The notes beneath the pieces were generated by a model that made no database searches, was not told where the DNA came from, and saw only the letters and a list, made by a program, of their open reading frames with translations. Positions 51,330-63,300 of a DNA stretch of 64,000 bases are shown one piece after another. This stretch comes from Perna viridis (Eukaryota), in the NCBI GenBank assembly GCA_037379345.1, contig CM074512.1:32426001-32490000 (forward strand), read 5' to 3'. The translations under genes were made by a program, and so were the position numbers. How positions within the stretch are numbered: the stretch's first letter is position 1; each line of letters starts with the position of its first letter.

Positions 51330-51540
51330 ATGCTTTTTTTACTATGTCTGGCATTGGTTTTGTTTTGTGTCCATGGCAGTTTGGACACTGCGCTCTTTTG
51401 AGGTTGTCTATTTCTGGCATTGTTTTTGTTTTGTGTTTGTAGCCGTTCATACTCTGCATTCTTCTGAGGCTTGCTATGTCTGGCATTGTTTTGTTATGTG
51501 TCCGTGGCCCGTCGGACACTGTCTGCTTTCGAGGCTGGCC
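51330..51540. repeat. Degenerate ~66-bp tandem repeat (3 units)
   Basis: TCTGGCATTG recurs at ~51347, ~51413 and ~51479; the minus-strand ORF shows repeated NKTMPDI / KTKTMPEI / KTKPMPDI. Confidence 0.7.
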
Positions 51541-52431
51541 TGGAAAATAAAGATATTAAGTTTTACATTTTATTGGTCCAAAATGTACACAGTGATCAGT
51601 GATAAAAATATATTATTCTAATAATTTTAGTTGAACTTTATCTAAATATTTCTTTATTTAATCACTGCTTTTCGTTTATTTATTTTAATTAATAAGAATT
51701 TAACTATTTACTAAGTTGCATTAAATGAAACTTAAACTATAAACTTCATTTCTTAAATTCTAATTATAAAAATAAAAGTTAGAAATCCAATATTAAATTT
51801 AAATTGTTTACGTACCTGGTAAATAAAGATATTAAGTTTTACACTTCATTGGTCCAAAACGTACACAATGATACCAGGGCTGGGTTTAGCTCCTTTAAAA
51901 ACACAGTATCACATGCTGTCGGACCAGTCTTTACAAATGAAATCCCTTAATTTTATTCAATTAGCAAAGATGAATATTCATTACGCCTTAGTATATGAGA
52001 CTTTTGTATCTAAGATTACGTTTACTCAAACTTACTTTATCTTTTATGTCTAATACTGTTTTAATTTATTTATCCTTAAACAATGGATACTATTATTTAT
52101 AGCAATTAAATACACTTTACCAATGTTTGTAAAGTGTCAGTTGTTTACAAAAAATTATTGGCAAGACAATTAAGCAAGTACCAAAGAATTCAAACCTATT
52201 TAGTCTCTTGTCACAGTTATATAATATACAATATACACATATTTCTTTCTTTCGGCTACATTTACAAATATGTCAAGACTTTATCAATTTAATTGAACTA
52301 AAATGAAATTTTATTTTTAATTTTTGTTTAATCATATAGAATTTTACTGCATCACAGATTACCACATATTTTTATTTTCGTGCTGTTGGCCTGACCTTCG
52401 TATACTTAAACGAAATTTGATTATTTAGGTG

Positions 52432-52617
52432 TTTCAGCATAGTTTTGCTTTTACAAATATTGATAATCTAGTCATTTCAGCATAGTTTCAGCATAGTTTT
52501 GCTTTTACAAATATTGATAATCTAGTCATTTCAGCATAGTTTCAGCATAGTTTTGCTTTTACAAATATTGATAATCTAGTCATTTCAGCATAGTTTCAGC
52601 ATAGTTTTGCTTTTACG
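52432..52617. repeat. 54-bp perfect minisatellite, ~3.4 copies
   Basis: Unit TTTCAGCATAGTTTTGCTTTTACAAATATTGATAATCTAGTCATTTCAGCATAG starting at 52432, 52486, 52540 and 52594. Confidence 0.95.
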
Positions 52618-52698
52618 AACATTGAAAGTTTGAAGTTCTCGGAGGTCAGTAACTATAATAAAAAATGATTTCATTATTAGTTGTTGTGATTGTTACAA

Positions 52699-52926
52699 GG
52701 CGGGTGTTTCTAGAAAAGCAGAGGACGCTTATCCTACCGGTGCACCTGGTCCATGCTCCAAGTTTTTAGTGGAGTCCGAGTTGCTTATTTGCTTTTGTTA
52801 CTTTGTATGTATGATTTTAGTTACTTAATGTTCTTGTTGTGTATGTCTGTTTCCCACGTCTGGTCTTTGTCCCAGGATTACATTCTCTTGATTACCGCTA
52901 TAATCTTGGTTCCCTTGATTACTCTT
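52699..52926 (+). mobile_element. Penelope-like element 3' terminus (5'-truncated)
   Basis: Reverse complement of 42734-42962 with few substitutions; starts at GGCGGGTG and ends GGTTCCCTTGATTACTCTT. Confidence 0.85.
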
Positions 52927-53129
52927 ACAGACTTTCATCGAGAAATAGTCTGGTAAAGAAAATAATACGTAACGGTTGTAAGTTATAGAAGTTCTGAAGA
53001 ATGTTTTATGTTTTTGTACAGATTCTAAAATTCATATTCTTACTTTGTTGTTTAATCAATTTAGAATGAAGATCAGAATTTATATAGCAGTTACCAGAGC
53101 CTTTAAATATAATATGTAAAGCCTGTTAG

Positions 53130-54236
53130 CATATGCATTTATCTTGCACTTCCGCAGGAAAATAGTCCCATTGGCATACCCCATGAAGGTTTAAATGCAT
53201 AGAGTAAGGTCCATTTTATAGGTTACACCAATAAACAAACACAATAAGCAACGTTTACTGCGAACTAAATATGCTGATTAATTTGATTGATCCAATTCTA
53301 ATCTCAGTATCTGTTGTCACTGTCGATATATTCAAGTTGCCTATAAATGCTTTATTCTTATAATAAACCATTTTATGTTAAGATAGAAATGAAAACTGTA
53401 CGAGGTTATAAAGAGTCATCAATCATAGAAATTGAAATATAAAGAGGAATGATAGCATCCGGGCTGTTGGTATTGGCGGATCCAAATGTTTGCCAAAAAA
53501 AAAGCTGTGGTTCAGCTATTATTTGCCGATCATTTTATTCGTCAATTTAAAAAAAATGGTAGCATAATTCCCGAAACTATCCTATTATAGGTTACAGACC
53601 ACCAATTCAACCAATGAGCATTTGGAACGTACGCAAAAATAGTCCTACGCAGAAATTACCCCTGTTCCTCATAGTGCTGTGAAAAAAGTTCTCATCTTAT
53701 TTTAAAAATTTAAACAGTTTCTGAAAGGAAAAACATTTCTGTACATTTTATAGGTGCATTTTGCTTCTTGTGATGTGAAGCCTAATCTCCATAATGATTT
53801 TTAAATATACCCCTATCTTGTGAAAACACTGGGATTTCCCATGCTATTTATCGACCCTTCACTTCCGGTGACCAGTACTGCACTGCAAGTCTGCTAACCC
53901 CACATGCCATTCTGAGGATTGTGAGCTGACATATGTAGAATCATGCTGATATATAGTCATCTGCAGGTTAAAGTTAAGGTAAAGTCCAGAGAAGCCATTG
54001 AATATTGTGAAATTAGCATAGAAGCCTATGGGAAGTGGAATTAGTGGTTTTTAGCCTATATCACCCAATGCATCGTGTATTTTTATTTCGGTTAACGCTT
54101 CGTGACATCGGAAGCCCGGAGGTGACAAATAAAAATAATAACTTTGCTTATTGTGTTTGTTTATTGGCATATGAATTTCGATAATGCATTTCCCAGGAAT
54201 AGTGTCAGTCTGTGGTCTGGTGATATTGCTTTTGTT
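53130..54236. repeat. Inverted copy of the 25226-25990 repeat with a ~0.5 kb interruption (~53585-54070)
   Basis: Homology blocks to 25226-25380 resume at 54070-54236 after unrelated sequence. Confidence 0.7.
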
Positions 54237-54329
54237 TTGTAATTATCATTATATTTGTCTATTTCGTCATGTGTTATGATAATAAAGATGTAGGTATGAT
54301 TTTATTCTTCCAATAATTTTATAATCTAA

Positions 54330-54665
54330 CTGACAAATAGTGTGTCTTTTTCGATCGTCAACGACCTGATTAACAAATAGTGTGTCCTTTCCGATTCTCA
54401 ACACGACCTGACTGACCAGTTTCGTCTCCTTTTCGAATGTGAACATGACCTGACCGACCGGTTTCGTCTCTTTTTCGGTTGTGAACAAGACTTGACTGAC
54501 CGGTTTCGTCTCCTTTTCGGATGTGAACATGACCTGACCGACCGGTTTCGTCTCTTTTTCGGTTGTGAACAAGACTTGACTGACCGGTTTCGTCTCCTTT
54601 TCGGATGTGAACATGACCTGACTGACCGGTTTCGTCTCTTTTTCGGTTGTGAACATGACCCGACT
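54330..54665. repeat. 42-bp minisatellite, ~6 good plus 2 degenerate units
   Basis: Unit ACTGACCGGTTTCGTCTCCTTTTCGGATGTGAACATGACCTG; gives the 14-aa periodicity of ORF 54267-54656. Confidence 0.95.
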
Positions 54666-56949
54666 AACTAATATTGTGTCCTATTCTAATATAATCAGCG
54701 ACCTCAACTGCAATACCAGTATCTTGTATTTCCTTTCCTACAGACGTGACCATCAACGAACAGCACGGCTTGTGATTTACACGAAGCAGGAATTGCGAAT
54801 AAGGGCCGCGCTGTTCGCTTTTTGGTGTCTTGTGTTTTACGATTTGTTCATGTTATTATTTCCGGTATTGAATTCCACTTGTTTGCACCTTCCGTATCAA
54901 CAAAATAATCCATAATTACATGTATTGTAATGTTTTGTTTGTTATTATTTGTGATTACATCCTATGTTTCTTTCAACATATTTGGTGTACGGTCAATTTT
55001 TCAACTGCTATGATTATTCAGTTTTTGAATGTTATTAAATGAATTCTTAGCGTTAATGTAGTAACTGTCCACCAAAGAATTGTACAGAGAATTAATATGT
55101 CGAAAGGTCACATACTTTTATTGAATTTATAGATTACTGTGCTGTTAAGAATGCTCCACAGTATTAAAATCTAACAATTCAGAATTGCCTTTTTTTAAAG
55201 GAAGACTTTGCACTGTACTCTGATTGTGCCATCATATTCTGTGTCTTTCACAAGTATTTTTTGCCTATAATTCCATTTTGAATTAAATAATTTAAATTAT
55301 CTTACATATGTGTCTATATTTGAACTAATCACTCCGTTCTATTTTCGCAAGATTCTTGGGATGATGTACAATTTCTTTACTCTCAAAACATAAATGGTGT
55401 GACGTCGCTCAATACCGTGCATGTAATGACCCGCTTTTATGTCTTGATAAAACACCCCCACCTCCCCCAAAAGAAACATATAAACGGAATACCAAGGTAA
55501 CATTCATAAAAATCTAGAATACCGACCTGAACATATCGTTTCTTATGGTCAAATTTAATAGAAGTTTCAGTCGGAATTTGTATGCACTTGTAGAGTGTAG
55601 AGAAAAAACACAAAGTTAGTAGTGATTGTAAAATTTTAAAGCTTCTTAGAAGCAAATATTTCTTTTTCATAATGACATAGGTGATAGGGAGTGTGATCCT
55701 CCATAATGTCCATACTTGACATGGAATACAATACAAAAAATACTTAAAGTGAGGAAAATATTTGTTCCTGAAATCACAGTTTTCCCTAAGTCTGAAAACG
55801 GACACAATGGTTGCTGTACTGTGACATGAAGGATGTTTTGAAGAAATTCGGTTAATACTTTTTTATTATCTTATTAAAGAAGAAAGAAAATAAAATGGAT
55901 CATTTCAAAAACGGTGTTCGAACAAAAAAGAAATGTCCGTCACTCATAAAACAATGGAACATTACTGATGTAATGCAATAGATACATATAAACTAAATAC
56001 AATTAATTATTACTTATTTATTGTTCAAGAACCCGGAACCAATATGTGGCATCTCAACAAATAAGCTAGAAATGTACCCATTTGAAATGTACAACCTTGC
56101 AGTGTAAGAGGAGCGCATTTTAAACCTTATTTGCCACACATGCTGCTCTTATATTACAAATTGAATATTAAATCCGTCACACTGTATAAACAAATTAAGA
56201 CATCACAAAAACAAATGACTTAAACACCCATTTTCCATACAGTACAATATAGTTTCTATTTAATCTAAACAAATAATACACAATTAAACGATGCACAGAA
56301 GATAAAAAAAAATAGTTAACCATTGCAAAATATCAAACAATGAGATAAATCAAAATGGGTTGTTGAACAGTTTTTGGCAAGCAAAAAAAAGTATGTACTA
56401 AATCGAAATTCGAAATTCTGGACATTTGGATTATGCCAGAAAGCGAAATGTCCATACAAGTTTATGATGCAAGAAAATCTGTTCGAAATTTCAAACAACC
56501 CATCAATAGTATAAATCGAATCGTTTTCAAATATACCGTACCCAACTAACAATCTTTTACACGGTGACTATGAAAAGTTGCATATTTTAACAAAACTGAA
56601 AAAAAATGCAATTTGGCCACCACAAGTAAATAGACATTACATGTACATGTATTTTTTATTATCATGCAGATATTTATGACATTCAAATCGACCACAATTC
56701 CATTTTTCTTGCTTTTTCGGCACCATTGCAGTTTGAGTATTCAAACTCCTAATTTGATCACAATTCAAAACAGTTCTTACATTTGTTAGATCTAGTGTTC
56801 TATTTCATCCAAAAATGAAGATATTTATATACAATCACAGACTTCCCTTTTGTGGTAAGGACACCATGTAGTACAATTTAAAAGAAATATATTTATTTCA
56901 GTCAAGTTATTGTCCACATATCAGAATACACTTTTGTCCGACCTTTTCT

Positions 56950-57302
56950 TGTCCCTCATCCTTGAACGGTTCAAATTTTAAACCCCAATATCAATCCTAG
57001 TAGGACCTTATTAGTATGAAATATTGTGGAATAATATCATAGACACTCACATACCTTTAATGGAGTAAAGTTATAGTTCTTTTTTTTTTAACTTGTTTTG
57101 TGAATTTTTGGCCCCTAATTCTTAAAAGATTGGGGCAATAACCCTTAAATCAATATAAACATCCATTTAATTGTTTGCAACATCGTGATAAAATCTTATA
57201 AAATTCAACCAACTAATAGTCAAGTTACCGTCAAGACGACGACGACACGGACGACGACAGACTTATACCATTATACGACCATTAATTATTTACGGTCGTA
57301 CA
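56950..57302 (+). mobile_element. HINE/MITE-like element end within the presumed 3' UTR of copy 4
   Basis: (GAC)n tract 57235-57258 followed by hairpin TACGACC..GGTCGTA (57274-57300). Left boundary uncertain. Confidence 0.4.
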
Positions 57303-57374
57303 GAAATATTATCGTTCATATTGGTATCAGCAAAAATAACAGCAAATTCAAAGTATAAATGATTGTAAGCATGA

Positions 57375-60300
57375 CTAAAATCTTATTTGAAAAGGGTCAT
57401 AATTTCCCATATTTGCTAGTTCGGACCATGCTGGGTGAGAAGCACCATCCATTTCTGGAGCAAAACGATTATCGTCTCTGAGTCTGTGCCCAGACCCGCC
57501 AATTGTAGATCCACATTCAGGACATCTGCTCTCAACAGTCGCACCTCCACAATCTGCTATCGCATAAATATGTCCTGAAAATGGTAGCAAACAATCGCTA
57601 TCAAATCTGGATGAAATGTTCAAGGATTGACTATATTTGCAAACGGATTTAAAAATGTTTGAAAATTTCTACGTATACGTTTCTAGTCACATGTCATCAA
57701 TTTCATTCCATTTTAATATTTTTTTAGTTAAAAGCCAAAAATTTACCAACTAAATGTCTTTTCTTCTCATATTACGAGTATTGATTCCCACTAAAATAAT
57801 GAAAAATAGTATTGGGTCGTAGGTAATTATAACTCATTATTCTGCATTCACATAAACGAATCAAGTGAGTTTTTTTTCGTACAACACATAACCCGTTTCC
57901 GGTCTAAGCATTTAAACTGACAGCAGCAGTGCGTATTTATATCTGAAATGGGAGACAATGATATCAACTGCAGTTTTGGGCAGTACAACTGCTTAATCCC
58001 TACTTCAATATAAAGATGCATCTCGTATTTAAAGACACTTTCGAAATTTTATGCAGAACATGGCTGGTAATAGTTCCGCTCAATTAAAAAAAATCTAGAT
58101 TAAAGCCTAAACTGTGAAGCGTCATAGCCATGCAACAACAAAAAAGCTATATATTCGCACAAAAATAATGTACCTTATCGGATCATTTCATTGGCAGCAG
58201 TATTTCCCAATTGTAAATGGCCCATTCCCCCGATACGAGATTTACATTCAGGACAAATTCCGTGTTGATTAGCCTGGCCACAATTACCAATGGCATATAT
58301 GTGGCCTAAAAAAACAAATAGTTTTCCGTTTTCTTTCTTTTAACAAATACACTGATCAATAAACATCCAAGATATATTTAATTTGTTTTCAGTTAAAACT
58401 AGAACACTGTTTTTAAAATTTACCTTGATTTAGTCTAATCAGTAGGGATATTGCATAATACTTGGTAATATGTGTACTTAATTTACCAACAAAACCTTTT
58501 TTTTTTGCAATTCATACACGCATAACACGAACACTTTAGTACAGAATGAAACCACAATGGGTATTAAAGTTCTGTCAAATTCCGTAAACACTTAAATTCA
58601 TTACATTTTCTTTTGGCAGGAATTTTGGCAACATGTTTCGACAACTTATATATTCCAACCAAGAAATTCTATCATATCGGGCCAACTTTTGACAAATTAT
58701 CTAAATGTTGGAACATGTCGTTGAAAAAAACAACCGAAACATCGTAATTTAATAAGAAATTAACGAAAGTTGCATAGAAACAATACTTTGAGAATCCATT
58801 TTGCCAAATGAATGTTGCCACAGCTCGTAAGCCCTGTATGTCCGGATTTAGTCATCTTTTTAACACCAAAATATACGTCTTTTAGTAAGCTAAGGTAGTA
58901 CTAAACGGATAAGTCAATTCTGAAAATTTGGTCCCATTTTGTTGAAATAAAGCTTTTTAGAGGCAGTCCGCACAGAAATTTAAAGTGTTTTGTCATGAAA
59001 CAGTACATATTTTTCTAATCCATGGTGTGTGCATGTTCAAGTAATTTATAAGTAATTTAATTATTATTGTTATAAAAGCCAACAGCCATGGTAACATACT
59101 GAAAAAAATACACATATTACTGTGTTTTAGTACAAATCAGGGGTGCCTTTCCAAAACTAAACAGCCAAATATTATGTTTATAAAACATCAGGAACTTTAT
59201 AGACACTAGCACAGAGTGAAAGCATACATTGAGGAGGTGGAAAAAGGGTAAAAATAGTAATACCCTTTTCGATTCATGAACTCAGAGTTTTAATTCCAAA
59301 AGTTCATGCGCGATAAGATAATTTGAAAATCAGCCAGCTGATGCTGAGGAGAGAACCTAAAAGAGCAGAAGACTGAAACGTTCCGGCTACCATTCTTCAT
59401 TTAAACTACACCTGTTTACCATTACACATATTGCTTCGGTCTATGTATAAATGCTACATTTACATAAAAACTACATTTAAACAATATATCCACCAAATTT
59501 CAACTTGTACAATTTTGAGTTTTACAAAATTTGACCGGGTCAACTTGCTGTGCGAACAGTGTGTCTAAATGTAACTGTATAGTGCACCCTAAAACTAACA
59601 ATAAATAACATGACCAGAAACTAGTTTTAACGAATATAACGGATCGTTTATGCTCTTTAACATACAAAGAATATTCAATATGGATAGCTATACCCTCTTA
59701 AACTGTGACCTTTCATGCTTGAGCTCGTGTACTTACAAAACAAAGGGGAATATACTTGTGCTACAATTGGTTTTAAGATTTCAATGTCATTTGTACATGC
59801 TTAATAGTATCATTGGTTTAAGTTTACGCCCCGTTTTTTTTTTTTTTTTGAGATTTTGACTTATTTGAACCTTCAACTACTGACGCTCCGGTATTTTTTG
59901 CCGATATTCCGCAACTCAAATGGGGGCAGTATCATAAGAATATCAGATTTTTTTTTCATAGAAATTAGTGTTATGATAGCATGAGAGAACTTAATAGTGA
60001 CTTACCTTGAGGACATTTAAACCAATGACCTTGCCCAAGTCCTATTGCTGACACTATGGCTTTTCTCTCTTTGTCTGTGATTCCTAACCCAGACAAAGGT
60101 AAAACTTCCTTTAGCTTTTCAAATGTCATGTTCACAAACCCATTTCTTTCCATCTTGTACGGACCTTTGGTAAGATATTGTTCGACTGTCATGAAATCGA
60201 GGCCCAAGTCTCTTGGTAAAGTTGTGTCTAAGGTTCGTTTTCTCTCTTTGAATTTCAGGAATTTTCGTAGTTTTTGCAGACGTTCCAACTCAACGTTTAT

Positions 60301-63300
60301 GTCATTTATCTCCTGAGTAGTGAAGTATCGCCTTATCTGAAGGGTAAAAGAAAGACAGTCGTCTAGACTCCCAAGTGCTTTGTTGTACATATCCATGTAA
60401 GAAGCCGATGCTTTATCTTTCTCGAAATCTCGTTTTAGATCTTCGACTTGCCTTACAATGATAATTTGATTCTGAATTGCCGAAAGGGTATTCTCATCAT
60501 AAGGTCCTTTGGTCAGACAATCATAGAATTCTTTTATTTTCCTAGCATATTTTACATGCAAGTGTGGCATTTCTCTTGAAATTGATCTTTCCAGGTCCCT
60601 TTTTATAGGGTCATTTCCGAGCATGCGTTTTTTAACAGCTTCTATGTCTTGTAAAGCCCGTTTAATCATGTTTCCATAACGCAGATTACGTCGAATCGCA
60701 GTTTTACACCGTGGGCATTCTTTCAGTTTTACAGCCGTATCACTACCTTCATTTGTAACATTGTCCATCCAATGATCGAGATCTGAGTATTCGAAAACAT
60801 GACCACAATCTTCGAGCTGAACATATCTTGCTTTGTCTTCATCTTCACTACCTAGAAAGACTTCTGTTACGATATCATTGTGGCATACTTTGCAAAGGGT
60901 CGGACAAGGTTCCCCACAAAGACCAATACATTGGTGACCACACTGAAGCGTCTTCCTGCAGGGTTTGTTGCATCGAGGTCTCTCACAAGGTTCGCTGCAT
61001 ATTTTCTCACATCTGTGATGCCGACATTGCCACTCGCATAACTCTGCACAAGGTACGCATAAGTCGCCACATTTCTTTCCACAGAAGCTGTGTTTACAAC
61101 GGTTTTCGCATTTACGCGTACATGGTGGGCAATTTGAGCAACGATCTCCACATGGATGTTCACACACTAACGGTCGCTTGCATAATTGAGTGCATGGCTT
61201 GTGAAGCCTTTTCTGGAAACAATCGCCACACGTTCCTCCGCAGACATCTCCACATTCCAGCACCACATTGCATTTAACTGTGCACCTTGTTGAAATTTTC
61301 TCATAACAATTAATGTTAGCAGTATGTCCACAATCCCAAGTCATTTGAATTTTAACAGTGCAAGACTCCGTATGTCCTTCTCCGCACAAATTTTTGCAAG
61401 GGTGACCACAAGGTAAACGTTCTGGGCATTTTGATGTACATCTCCAGTGAGTGGGATCAACATAGCATGGCACATATTGCTTATGTCCACATTGTGGTAA
61501 AAACTTTTCCACCATTTCATGACATTTTCCACATTCTTGATTACACCTTCTTTTACATCTGTGTTCCTTTTGACAAATAGTTTTTGTACATGGCTTATTG
61601 CATTCGTACTCTTCGTGGTCTCGATCGTAGGTATGACAAGCTCTGGCACAGGTATGGCCACATGGTAAACGGAATTCACAAGCTTTCATGCAGCCACCTT
61701 CTGGAGCTTTCTTAAAGTCTGAAGGTTCTGCGGCCATAATCATATCGTCTTTCGGATGATTTTGGCAGTAGAGCGGTAGCGCTTCGCCTAGAAACTGTTG
61801 ACGCCTTGCATGGTCGGCAATACCACACCACAATTTGCTTTTATCAGACAATAGGGAGAAGTTTCCGATGACAAAAAGACCCATTTTAGCTCGTGACAAT
61901 GCAACGCAGACTCTGTTATCAATGCTTAAAAATCCAATTTTTCCGTCATCGTTGCTACGCACCAGTGACAATATAATGATATCGTTTTCTTCACCTTGAA
62001 AGTTGTCAACAACAGTCACTCGAACGCCCTCGAAAAAAGTTTTGGGCATTTTTCGTCTAAGTGCAAACAGCTGTCCTGAGTACAAAGTGAGTACTGTAAT
62101 TCTTTCTCGGTCGTATCCTTGCAATATTAGGTATCTACACAGGCCAACGACGTACTCTGCTTCATGTTCATTTGAGTGACTTTTTAAGTCCTCATCATCA
62201 GATTCGAGATTTTTATGATCAATAAAAAACACATTATTGGCAACACCTTTGACATTTTCATAGTGTTTGACAACATCATCATCTCTTAGTTCGGGATATA
62301 TTCGCCTCATCATTCTTGATATATCAGGTCTCATTCTGTGCTGAAACTGCAGACAATCGTATTCAAGCTTGTTGCATATCATTCTCTCAAAAAGAGATAA
62401 TTCCAAATTAAACTTTGTGGCTAGCTTGTATACCGTGGGATTCGGTTTTAATTGTTGGTGATCCCCTATCAAAATAAGATGCTCGCATCGCCTGCTTAGT
62501 GTAGTAACGATGTGAGCTTCCAAAACCTCTGCCGCTTCTTCGACAACAATGATGCGGGGTCCAATTTCTTGGAGAACTGACTGGTATCTTGCGGCACATG
62601 TCGTTGTCAAACCAATTACAGTCGAATGACGCATAATTTCTCGGTCTTCTTGCATCAAAACCTCATTGTATTGTCTACACGCAACTTCAAATTGGTCTTC
62701 TTTCCCACGTATCTTATCCTGAAGATTTTCGCAATATGCGTTTACCCAGTAACGATACAAACGCCACTTGTTCTTTTGTGACAATGTCCACATATCAAAG
62801 TTTCTAGAAACTTCTGGTCCCGTCATTCGGTCATGAGACAAAAGCTCCCTCCTTATTGTTTTCTTCATTCTTTTCTTTTGATCTTTAGTCATTTGCCACT
62901 GGCCCGCAGTGGTCGGTTTCTTGTCCTCTGCATCTAAGTTTGATACATCAAGGGCGACTAAAAGCCGTTGGGCGCCTAAATCGACCTGTTGTAACTGCTC
63001 TTGAAGGTCAGCTACGAGTGGGTCATCATCTTCCTCTATATCCAGGTCTTCAATGTCCAACTGTCTCATATTCATTTCTGCATCGAGTTCGTCTATCACA
63101 TTAATGAACTCGTCCATCAGTTCATCTTGTTCCTCTTCATTGTTGTTACCTTGGTTTTGTACGTTGTCGTGTCGAGCATTTACATTCTCCTGGTTTTCGT
63201 TTTGACCGACTGGTTCATCTTGCTCACCAACAAGCAGCATCTCACCATATCCAAGCCATTCCAATAGCGCCGAATGATGTTTCTTCTTATTCCACTCAAA

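Noticed and set aside
52699-52790. HDV-like ribozyme, hammerhead or SECIS in the retroelement terminus
   Set aside because: A P1-like helix followed by GG exists, but L3 is too short and there is no convincing P2 or J4/2. No hammerhead core or SECIS quartet could be identified by eye.
52432-54665. Tandem arrays as CRISPR-like loci
   Set aside because: Units are contiguous with no unique spacers, there are no cas genes, and the context is eukaryotic.
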